The notes under the pieces: generated by a model | What the model was told of the DNA's origin: nothing | The model's database searches: none | The model's input: the letters and a program-made list of their open reading frames with translations, nothing else | Translations under genes and position numbers: made by a program | In this document: positions 52,960 through 64,000 of the stretch, in pieces | How the letters are laid out: the number at the start of each line of letters is the position of its first letter | How positions within the stretch are numbered: position 1 is the first letter of the stretch | Source of the DNA: Eremomyces bilateralis CBS 781.70 | Lineage: Eukaryota | NCBI GenBank assembly: GCA_010015585.1 | Contig: ML975151.1 | Reading direction: 5' to 3' (one strand) | DNA: 64,000 nucleotides

Positions 52960-55366
52960 GAAGATCCACTGAAATCTATTAGTGAGCTTGTCGGAGTCGC
53001 ATATATGAGATAAGATGAGACGAAGCGAAGTTCATGCATTGAAAGAACCTGGATTTTCAGGGAACAGGAAAAGTCGCATACGATGAGTCTTTTAGAAGCA
53101 TATTTCACTGACTGCTTCTCCTTCTGCCTGCGCCTGCGCAGCAGAGTGACTAAAATGTTTGAAATGAATGACTGGTCTGAACGCTGAGCTGAGTGCAGAA
53201 CGGATGTGGCCCATGGAGGAGAAGGCAGCAGTGTCAGCCTATGTGCCGGACGAAATATGGAATTAAAGATCGATTTGGCCACGGGAAAGATCATTTGATA
53301 CGTCCTCTTCGACGAAGAACTAGAAACCTGAGGGTTGGGTTCTGGAGAGGAGGAGTTAGAAAAAATATGCCGTCGAGAGAACCGTTGCAGACGCCTTACG
53401 GCTGGGATTCCCGGATCGACCACTCACATCGGCAATCGCGACGATTAAACATTCCCGGTCTACAAAACCAACACTTTAACGGACCTCATTGGTTGTCGCA
53501 TGGTTCTTCGCTAACCTTGGGTCCCGTCAGTCACTGCAAGTGGAATGATGGTAGGATGACAGGCTAGGCTGCAGATTCCCCTACGTAGCTGCATCCTGTA
53601 CCTGTCCCAGGGCGATGGGCAGGTCGGAGAGGACGGTCGGAAACTAGCATAAACTTTTTGATTATCGGGCCTTCCGTTTGCATGCTTCGTTGGAGAGGAG
53701 CATATCTTTCGCCATGTTCCACGGTACAGAACGGACGCAAGCAACGAAGTCGTATCCTGGGCATACATTTAGGTTCAAGGGAAGGCATGGATAGAGTCAA
53801 ACGTGGTAAACCCGAGAACAGAGAGCTTCGGGCCCAGCCATAGCACATGAACACCGAACAGTCAACCGTTACGCGTTCAAAGGCTGAAATTCGAACGGCT
53901 GGACAAGGGCCAATCCGAGCGGACGGGAAACCGTCGCGCAGCGGCGTCCAATGGGCGCGCGGAAAATGGGTGTCCAAGATTTGGAACATCGTAGGATAAA
54001 GCAAGGGTCGCCAGCTAATTGGATACTGAGTGATTTGCTGCCTGATATTGGCGTCACTGGCGGGAGGAACCTGATGCAGGATCCAGGAGAGGAGTGAGCA
54101 CGATGGAGAATCGGGAAGACCAGTTCGGAGCTTCGAGGATCCTCCCCACCCCTGGGGCTGAAGGCTGAAGGCTGTATCTGATGCAGGATCAGCCACTTGG
54201 GCGTCATCGACGTCCTCGGTGTTGGAGAGAGAACACAAGATAGTAATCACGGAGTAAGCTTCGACCGGCTGCAGGGGGTGGAGATCATAGGGCTTGTAAT
54301 ATGGTCGGTAGTTTGGAAACCATCTCTTTTCTTAATCTGCAGCTGAAACTCATATTCTGGCCGATCTTGGTACAACGCATATGCACGCCCTCGTCCGGTC
54401 AGTTTTTTAAGGTGCGTCCTAGCGGGCATAGCGAGAATGCCCAGAAGGCTGGTGGGTCCCGAATGGACGGACTAGTAGATGAGTTCCACAGCCGAGAATT
54501 GCAGCAGGAAGTGTGACTGGAGTCGAGGCATTGCTTCATGGTTACCAATTAGTCCTGGCTTGGTCCACGGGGGAAGCGTCGTGAAGTGGTGGATATGGTG
54601 GTGTTCTCAAAGAGTGAAGGGAATCAAGGGATGAGGTTGGAGGTCGGTGAAGCCGTAAATGCGATATTGAAGGCCAGCCAATCATGTCGCCCTGACCGGT
54701 CAATTGGAAACAACCCTGTACCAGTCTTCAAACTTAAAGTATTCTGTAAAGTTCACTAATAAAGATCACTTTACTCTCTTGCTCCGAATCTCCTCCATTC
54801 ATGTCGCTAGCCAACGTCCGGAAGGCCTGTTTAGTACCGGAAGATAGTCACTTTACCATTTCGTACGGCTGGTGGCTTGAATAACTGCAATCCACGTCTT
54901 GGTCGCTCACCGTCTTCACGAGAAGCCACGGGAGAGAGCACAGCCTCAACGCCCTCCGCAGTGTGCACTGTCAGTCTGTCACCCATCAGAGACCAGTGGC
55001 GGCACCAAAATTGAGGCTGTGCATCTGCCTCGCGAAGTGCCGAATTCACAGTTGATGTGGCTTGGTTCGTGCAAAACTTTCCCGAAATGCCGAGAGCAGT
55101 CATGGGATGGGTCTGGACTCTGGAAGCTCCAGCAGTTCAAGCGTCGACGAGGTCCGAGACATATGGCATATCGCGTGTATTCCCACACCACAGGAAAAGA
55201 GCTGCTGGAATGGGCAATTATCCCATTGATGGTCATCAAACATATCATATCACACACTAACTCTGGCTGAACGGTTGATCACAGGAGTCAGGAGAGTATG
55301 TCATGCTTGTCTGAAGAGTTTGTCGACAACTCAACGCTAAAGAACTTCAATTTACATTACTACAGC

Positions 55367-56410
55367 CTATAGCCTGCTGCTGTTACCCAAGAACGATTGG
55401 GCGAGATTGATCTGGTCGACCGCCTCCCGGACCATCTCGTCGACAATCTGTCCCGCGGGCTTGATGTCTCCGATGATACCGGCGACTTGTCCCATTAGGA
55501 ACGGCGGATCGACCTCTTTGCCTTTCTCCATATCATGCTCGAGCGGCGTCACTCCTGAATCGCACAGCCGCTTGATCTCCTCCGGCTGGGCCTCCCACTC
55601 CTTGATATAGTCGTTCGCTCGCACCCGCAGCGGTCGCCCGCTGATGACCAGCGTCCGGATGGTGTCGACGAAATCGGCCGACACCACGTTCTCCTTGTGC
55701 ATCTGCGAGCAGCCGGCCTCCTTGCTGGCCACGAACCTCGTTCCCACCCACACCCCCTCGGCGCCCTGCATCAAGCTGCTCGCCAGACTCCGTCCATCGC
55801 GGATCCCTCCCGCGGCAACCACCGTAGCGGGCTTGCCGGTCAGCGGGCTCGTGTACGTCTTCGCGATGTCAACGACCGCGGGGATGAGGATGCTGTTCGC
55901 GATGTCGCCAGTATGTCCGCCGCCCTCGCCGCCCTGCGCACAGACGACGTCGACACCGGCATCCAGCGCCTTGACGGCGTGCTTGGGGTGGCCGACCATG
56001 TTCATGACTAGGATTCCGGCCTCGTGGAGCCGATCGATGACGCGCTTCGGGGGGACGCCGACAGCGCTGACGAACAGCTTGGCGCCGTTCTTGATCGTGA
56101 CCTCGATAAGGTCATCGAGCTGGCCGTGGGTGTAGTCGTGGTTCGTCTTGCGCGCGCTGCCGCCCACCTGCGGGAGGGCCAGGTCGACACCAAACGGTAA
56201 CGACTTGTCGGTCAGGTTCGCCTTGAGCTCGTCGATGATCTCCTGCAGTTGGTCCGGAGTGTAGCCCAAGCCGCCGATGACGCCCAGGCCGCCGGCGTTG
56301 GATACGGCGGCAGCGAGGGGACCGCCGGAGGTCCTAGCCATACCGGCCAGGATGATGGGGTATTTGATGCCCAGGAGCTTGCATAGCGGAGTTTGGAGTG
56401 TAGGGGCCAT
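55367..56410 (-). CDS. Nitronate monooxygenase / 2-nitropropane dioxygenase family flavoprotein
   Basis: PIILAGM, LAAAVSNAGGLG, AQGGEGGGHTG, VAAGGIRDGR and GVWVGTRF; intronless 347 aa. Confidence 0.92.
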   Translation of the reverse strand: MAPTLQTPLCKLLGIKYPIILAGMARTSGGPLAAAVSNAGGLGVIGGLGYTPDQLQEIIDELKANLTDKSLPFGVDLALPQVGGSARKTNHDYTHGQLDDLIEVTIKNGAKLFVSAVGVPPKRVIDRLHEAGILVMNMVGHPKHAVKALDAGVDVVCAQGGEGGGHTGDIANSILIPAVVDIAKTYTSPLTGKPATVVAAGGIRDGRSLASSLMQGAEGVWVGTRFVASKEAGCSQMHKENVVSADFVDTIRTLVISGRPLRVRANDYIKEWEAQPEEIKRLCDSGVTPLEHDMEKGKEVDPPFLMGQVAGIIGDIKPAGQIVDEMVREAVDQINLAQSFLGNSSRL

Positions 56411-57262
56411 GGTGATTTGACTTCACGTAGATCGGTTGCTATCGGCGAATCCGCGGTTGTATTCCGTTTCGCAGGGATGATCTGGTCAGGTTCGGACGAT
56501 GGGATGAAAACGAGATATTGTGATACTTTTGGGATTGCGTTTTGATTGAAGCATGGCAAGTCCGAAGACTTGTCGTTCTATTTAGTTCACCAGATCGGCA
56601 TGGGCGGTTGTGGGAAATGGCCGAGGTCTTCGGATGGTGATGAATGGTGGGCGGGAGCCTCGTGATCGCTGGCTTTCGGGTGTTCGTCCCCCAGCAACGG
56701 AAACGGGTAACCATATTACCCCACATATTCCCTACCGCACTACCACAAGGTCTTGAATCTGGAGGCTTGACCACAAGCCGTCGGTCGTCCGGCCATCACG
56801 GTGCCGCTGAGGGGTTGAAGCATGTGCTTCCAACCTAGGAGGTCGAATTAAATAGGTGATTATCATCTGGTGCATTTTGATTTTTGATATATCGGCCAAT
56901 AGCATTTGGGCATGGAAAATGCAAATTCCACATCTTCAGTAATTGGTGTATCGATTGGCACCATATTGGTGAGACAATGTTAGCAAAGGCTCTGCGTTAC
57001 GGTTTGCGATTTGCATTTCGCCCTCATTGTGCCGCATGGATTTCAGTATGTTCAATGAGAGTCCATCCTGCAAATATCTGCGCATCCTACCTACCTTCTG
57101 TGATCCTGTATGGCATGACCTGTACGGTGGGATTAAAAAGCGCCATAGGCTTCCAGGAACCCGATGCGGAGCTTGTCAGTAGAGGTGATAAATCATGGAT
57201 GAACAGTACAATGATGTGTAATTCCATATGCTATGCTAAGACATGCTCGAAGACCAGCGTTC

Positions 57263-59029
57263 TTAATGCTTGACTCCATTGGTCTTCATCCTACCATTGG
57301 GACCACCTGGGGTCGTTCCTGTCGACGGAGTCGGCAGGACAGGCTTGGCTGGAATCGCGGGTTCTTCCTCGGTGTCGTCGTCGTACTCACCTTCGCTCAG
57401 CGCGTCGTCCTCCTCGTAGTCGTACTCGCTCTCCGTCCCATCCTCGTCCTCATCCTCATCGTCGTCGTCCTCATCTTCGTCGTCGTCGTCCTCTTCCTCG
57501 GTGGTGTCGTGCACGGGGATCTGCCCACGTCCCTGGGCCTGCATACCCCTGCAGAGCTTCTCTAAGTTGTCGTTCTTCTTGCGAAACAAGTCGAGCTCTT
57601 GTTGCAGCCGAGTTCGCTCTTCCGCCATCTCGAGGATGTTGCGGTTCGTCGCTTCTTGCTTGCGCGTCAAAGCATGGTTTTCCTTCTCCAGCCGTTTAGT
57701 CTTTTTCGACATATCTTCCATTTCCTTCCGGAACGTTAAGAAAAGATCGTTCGAGCTGTTGAGCGTGTCTTCCACCTACTTAGCTGTTAGCACAGGTGTC
57801 GTCCGAGTCGAATTATACATACCTGTTTGAACTTCTCGACGTAAATATTCAGCTGGCTTCGGAGCTCCGTCTCGGTTTGCGAGAACGTTGATACCTGACG
57901 CGTAAGCTGGTGAGACTTGCTGGATTCCACCTCTTGAGCCTTCCGTTGCTGCTCCAGTCGTGCCATCTGATACTGCAGCTCCAACTCCTTGGTACGTAGC
58001 AGGGAGATGAACTGCAGTTCACGGAGTTCATATTGCTCAACGAATGACTTGAACTTCTGTCGGAAGCTGTTTTGAAAAAAAGTATTAGCCGTGGTCTCCA
58101 ATTGGGAATGTTTGTCCTACTCTGGATCCTCAGTAGTGACTTCGGCATCTTGGCCGCCATGCTCGTCCTTCTTGCATACTTCATCCACTTCGGAGATCAT
58201 TCGGTCGAGTCGCTGATGGAGTTCGGTGCGATGGTTTGCTTCGATGCCTTGAAGTCTATCCACCATCAACTAACACCAAGTTAGACGACGAACTTCGGCA
58301 AATCGGCCGCGAGTCCTGGGAAGCGTACCTTGAGGCGCTTGTTCTCCGTCACATTCTCCCGCGACATCTTCGCAAACTTGTCCTTGAGGGTGTTTGCCTT
58401 GGTCAGATCACTCCTAGCAGTATCTCGCTCTTTCTGCAGCAGGTCCGCCCGCTTCTTGGACTTCTGGTGCTCGCGCTCGAGTCGCTTCATGTCGCCGAGG
58501 AGTTGCACATATTTGTCTCGTACCGTATCGAGTCGCGAAGAGGAGGTCTCGATATTGGCGAGGAGGTGAGAGAGCTCTCGGTTTGCCTTGCGGACTTCCC
58601 GGTCTATTTCAATCCAGTCAATATTTTCCTGGACAACCTCATGGTTATACCCTGAAATCGCGGCATAGGTGGCGCCGTCAAAGTCGCCCGGAATTGATCG
58701 CGACATGGTAATATACAACTCTCGAGATGGAACCAAAAGCCAAGCCAGAGTACAGTTGTAGTTGCAGCAGTGCGAGTGAAGAAAGAGATTGTGGCTCGCT
58801 TTGCGACGGCTGCCGGCAAGTCGCAAAACAAGGGAAACGGAAATGAAAACGAATAAACATATCACGCACCTATCTCGGCATCTTGATCCTTTTCCCCTGC
58901 GGTTTCCAACTCCAGCTGGGCAATTTTGGCGGCTATTTGTTTCGATGCATCGATCGGATCCGGGTTTCCCTTCACTGCAGTCTTTGCCTTCGCTGGCACC
59001 GCTCCTGCGGATGCTTGCGAGGGCGGCAT
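57263..59029 (-). CDS. Taxilin-family coiled-coil protein, 5 exons
   Basis: Exons 59029-58870, 58603-58329, 58269-58121, 58066-57823 and 57775-57263 give IAAKIAQLE..AEIDREVRKANREL, FVEQYELRE, LRSQLNIYVEKFKQVEDTLNSSNDLFLTFRKEMEDMSKK and LEKLCRGMQ, followed by an acidic tail. Confidence 0.9.
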
Positions 59030-60092
59030 TGTACTGGCTAATTCCCACTATGTTTCCAAGCGTGTTTTACTGTTCCCGGCCGTGGGTACATCAAGAAAAT
59101 CCTCAACGGTGGTATTCTTCTGATGAGAAGTCGGCGAGCCGCTCATCGACAAAGGAGGAGTGTAGGGTCCAGATCGTCGCAATAGGAGTATGTAACTTCC
59201 AAGAATCGTTCTATATGATGTCTGTACAATGTCAGTAACACGTGAAAGTCTAACAATGTTTCTCGAGGGATGGACACGGCACCGGATGCAGAAGTGACTC
59301 GGAGTGGAAGGCAGTATTTGGGGGACAGTTACCGGTGAATACCGAGACAATCCAGATCTTGATAGTAAGGAGGCGGCTGAGGGGGGCTATTTGTAATTCA
59401 AAAAGATATAGACAGGTATCAAGAGCGGAGGGTTGTAAACGGGATCAGAATCTAAGCGTGCTGGTGTGTTGTGCAAAGTTGGGAATGAAGTCAAGAGTCC
59501 AGTGCTTGGTTTCTACACCATATTTCATTACGTGTATCGATGGTATGGCATTGCCCACTCAGTGATCGAGGATACGTCAAATTGAGGTTGCACTAGCTAT
59601 TTTGGGATAGACAGTACCAGTATATCGGTTCACAGTTCACATCACTGCCTGGGTCTTCATGACAGAATTGCTGTTCTTTGACTTCCAGAGCACTAAAATG
59701 GTGATATTCCGTAACCCGGCTCTATACTTATTTATTATGCATTGACTTGGAGCATTTCTAAGCCTCGCATAGCATTCTATATTGACATCTTGCCTTCGGT
59801 ACTGGTTCCGTAGCTATGGAAATTAGATTTAAGCTAGTCTGTACTACTGCGTAGTACGTCCTGTAATGTCAGCCAATAGCTTAGTCATCACAATCACTGT
59901 ACCGCACTAAACTATTCTTATCATAACTACATCGTCTCAGACGCGCGGGTATCACGGTAGAGCGGCACGTAATGGCGCCGATGGGTCTCGATGGATCGGT
60001 TTTTATTTGCCAGCCATCCATGATGTTACAACATGAAGACATGGACACAACTTCTTTCTTTGTGTTGTAGTGTCCTCATCTTTCCCAGACAG

Positions 60093-63000
60093 ATGGCTAT
60101 GCTACGTGTGAGCCGCTCATCTTTATGGGCTGCTCGTCAATCCGGCCCCTTCCTTCGTTCGCCAGCACGGTCGCGACATATCCGCTCCTTTGCCTCTGTG
60201 ACCGACCTCAACACACTCCCCAAGCCCGGAGAGAAGCTACATGGCTTCACATTGCAGCGGACCAAACATCTGCCCGAGTTAGAGCTCACCGCTCTTCAGC
60301 TTCAGCATGACAAGACAGGGGCGGAGTATTTGCACATCGCAAGAGATGATGCCAACAATGTTTTCTCCATCGGCTTCAAGACCAATCCTCCAGACCGGAC
60401 GGGCGTGCCACATATCCTCGAACACACGACGTTGTGTGGTAGCAAAAAGTATGCTTTCACCATCCTACCCGCAACTCAGTACTAATATTTCTCAGATACC
60501 CCGTCCGCGATCCATTCTTTAAGATGCTTCCTCGCTCCCTCTCAAATTTCATGAACGCCTTCACCTCTTCCGACCACACGACATACCCCTTCGCTACCAC
60601 GAACGCGCAAGACTTCCGAAATCTCATGTCCGTATATTTAGACGCCACTCTGAACCCGCTACTCAAAACACAAGACTTCCACCAGGAAGGGTGGCGCATT
60701 GGACCCGAGAATCCCCTTGCGGAGGTCGAAGGCGGCTCTGAATCCGCCAAAAGTCCTTTGGTGTTTAAAGGTGTGGTGTACAATGAGATGAAAGGTCAAA
60801 TGTCCGATTCAGGCTACCTCTATTATATCCGCTTCCATGAGCAGCTGTACCCGTCATTGAACAACTCTGGAGGCGATCCTCAGGCGATTACCGATCTAAC
60901 ATATGAGCAACTCCGGAATTTCCATGCGGATCACTACCATCCAAGCAACGCGAAAGTGTTCACATATGGCGACATGCCAGTGACAGACCATCTCCCAGGC
61001 ATTGGCCAGTTTCTGGATTCGTTTGACAAGATTGCAGTCGATCACAATATTAAGCACCCTATTTCGCTCGATAGCCCCAAGGAAGTGACGATCAAAGGAC
61101 CAATCGAGACTCTTGTCCCACTGGACCGGCAATACAAGACATCTATTACTTGGCTCATGGGGGACACTTCCGACGTTGTGGAAAACTTCTCCTTGAGTAT
61201 TCTCTCTTCGCTGTTGATGGATGGTTATGGCTCGCCACTATATCAGTCTCTGATCGAAAGTGGCTTGGGTCTCGACTTCTCTCCAAATACAGGATACAGT
61301 GCGTCAACTAGGAGGGGCGTATTCTCCGTCGGTGTGACCGGTGTTCGGAAAGAAGACACTCCAAAGGTCAAGGAGACCATCCAAAAAGTGTTTGCGGACA
61401 GTCAAGCGAACGGTTTCAACGACGTGAAGGTGCAAGGCATCTTACACCAGTTGGAACTTGGACTTAAACATAAGACGGCGCACTTCGGCATGGGACTGGT
61501 ACAGCGCTTGAAGCCATCGTGGTTCAACGGAATTGATCCATTCGACGCTTTGGCCTGGACGGAGGTGGTCGATGCTTTCAAGCAGAGATATGAAGCAGGC
61601 GGTTATTTTGAAAGCCTGATTGAGAAATATCTTGTCAATGAGCGGACTTTCACCTTCACTATGGAACCCTCGGAGTCGTATGCCCTGGATCTCCAGGCAG
61701 AAGAGCAGGAAAGGCTATCGACCAAGATCGCCGAGGCGTCTAAGGATGTCTCCTCCGCAGACGAGGCATATGCACGATTGGCCGAGCGTGAGCTTGAGCT
61801 CGTTCGTGTTCAAGAAGAAGCAAGAAACCAGGATCTAAGCTGTCTGCCCTCCGTTCACGTAAAAGACATTCCAAGGCAAAAGGAGCGCAATCCGGTCTCG
61901 GACTCGAACGTGGAGAATGTCCGAGTGCAGTGGCGGCAGGCTCCCACCAATGGCCTGACTTATTTCCGTGCCATCAATGTCCTCGAGGGTCTTCCATCGG
62001 AGCTCAGATCCATGCTTCCACTGTTCTCGGATGCAATCCTTCGGCTGGGGACGAAGAAATTGACCATGGAACAGCTGGAAGAGCAGATCAAGCTCTATAC
62101 CGGAGGAATCAATTTTGGCTACCATTCAACCACGTCCCCGCACAACCTTTCGCACTTTGAAGAGGGCTTCAGCGTCTCGGGGATTGCCTTTGACCGAAAC
62201 ATTCCCACCATGTACGAGCTGATCCGTACTTTGATCACCGAGACCAACTTCGACGGACCCGAAGCCGAATCCAAAATTCGCGAGCTGTTGCAAACGGCCT
62301 CCAGCGGCGCAATGGATGCCATCGCCAGCTCCGGGCACGCGTATGCTCGGAGATACGCTTTGGCGGGATTGAGCCCGGCGGGCCAAATCCGAGAAGAAAC
62401 GTCCGGTCTGGCACAGGTGCAGCTGCTGACCGCTTTGTCCATGCGCAACGCGTCCGAAGGTCTGAATGATGTGGTCGACAAACTCAAGCAAATCCAAGCC
62501 TTCGCGCTTTCGAAAACACAGGGCTTGCGTTTATCGATCAACTGCGGCCCCGAAAGCGTCCAGGCGAACGAAAAGGCATTGCAGCGATTCATGAGCGGCA
62601 TGTCATCCCCCGCAGCCAGTTTCGATCAGGTACAGCCCTGGAGCCCGCAAGAAGCGACGAAGATTTTCTTCCCGCTACCATATCAGGTTCACTATGCTGG
62701 CTACGCTGTTCCCTCCGTGCCGTACGTGGATCCATCCGGCGCATCGCTTCAAATACTCGCGCAGCTGCTTACCCACAAGCACCTCCATCACGAAATCCGA
62801 GAGAAGGGCGGTGCGTATGGAGGCGGTGCGTTCTCGCAGGGCCTGGAAGGAGGCTTCGGCTACTACAGCTACCGTGACCCGAACCCGCTGAACACCATCA
62901 AAATCATGGAGGAGGCGGGTGTCTGGGCCCGAGACCGCACCTGGACCGAGCGAGACATCGAGGAAGCCAAGCTCAGCGTTTTCCAGTCCCTTGATGCGCC

Positions 63001-63247
63001 GAAGAGCGTCAGCCAAGAGGGCATGACCCGCTTCGTGTCAGGCATCGACGATGGGATGGCGCAGAAGCGACGGGAACAGCTCCTCGATGTCACGCCTCAG
63101 GACGTTACGGACGCCGCGGACCGTTTCTTGATCCAAGGAGCGAAGCACGGCAGATATGCGTTGCTAGGGCCCAACCGAGACTGGATCACCGAGACAGCTG
63201 GTTGGAAGTTCGAGAAGCTCGAACTCAATCAGCTGGACTCCGCTTAA
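60093..63247 (+). CDS. CYM1: Mitochondrial presequence protease (M16C, PreP), 2 exons
   Basis: Presequence-like start, inverted zinc motif [22 protein letters not shown] across intron 60449-60495, IREKGGAYG and SYRDPN. Confidence 0.95.
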
Positions 63248-64000
63248 TTATTGGCGCCTTTCATGTCGCGGCTCAATGCGTTTCATTCACTCTACTCTAT
63301 CTTTAGGGAAGGCCGAGAGCCTCTGTACAATATTGTCTGGGCGGATTGTGCATATGACGGAGTTGGGATACCCTGTAAACAATCTGCCGAATACTAGACG
63401 CGTCCTTTCGACTCCTCTTTACTCTATGACCAACTTACCGTGTGTAGGGCATCTTATACATGCTCCTAGAACCGAATCTACGTCTGTAGCCTGCTTCCAC
63501 AGTTTATAGATCACGAGTTAGGCATTAATGCTGAGCGCAAGATCAATTACTTCAACTCTGACTCAACTATATGGATGGAGACCTGTTCACGTAGATTATG
63601 CTAGTAATTGAGGACATAAATGAATGCGACGCTTACCATTCCAGCAGCTTTTGAGCGGAACCTGATGCCCCATACAAAGGTCGAGTATTGATTGTTCCTT
63701 TGGGATATGTAAAATAATAGGCACTGAGTATCAGACCTAGCTCTGGCCTCTGGTCAAGGTCAATGTGAGATATACTGCTAGTGGGTCTTAAAAGGGGCTT
63801 AACATGGACAACAATGAAAAGGGCATGAACCTTTAGATGTGATTCAAGACCTGTACGTAGGAATATATATTTCGTTATCTGAATGCATCTATCGTATAAA
63901 CATCGTATCCAGCATCATTGCATCCCAATCATGTGTATTCCTATCCATCTGCGCCGATTGGTAATGCTAAATCTAAATGCTACCTATATTCTCTTAGGCC

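Noticed and set aside
52446..53423. 325 aa minus-strand ORF
   Set aside because: It is out of frame with the bZIP-like motifs and has no recognisable protein features.

Overview
Intron-containing eukaryotic DNA from a filamentous ascomycete (short GT..CTRAC..YAG introns, Zn2Cys6 regulators; Pezizomycotina by inference). Most of the window is intact housekeeping genes: COQ10, TRM140/ABP140, POL31, a Mug190-like SMP-C2 protein, DPH4, FMP32, a 14-3-3 gene with micro-exons, a WW-PhoD protein, FCF1, a Csi2/Prm5-like membrane protein, a SWIM-finger protein, a bZIP-like protein, a nitronate monooxygenase, taxilin and CYM1, plus two related atypical Zn2Cys6 factors. Two accessory islands interrupt this. 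(1) 1-3000 holds the right end of a Fot1/pogo DNA transposon and a heavily disrupted F-box pseudogene. (2) 30.4-34.7 kb holds a head-to-head pair of decayed genes, a HeLo-like + pseudokinase gene and a ricin-B-lectin-like + Ser/Thr kinase gene. This pair is the best candidate for an undescribed system: a possible RIPK3/MLKL-like fungal immune or cell-death module. Exon boundaries were derived by eye and family assignments come from motif recognition, not database searches. I recognised no tRNA, rRNA or CRISPR features.
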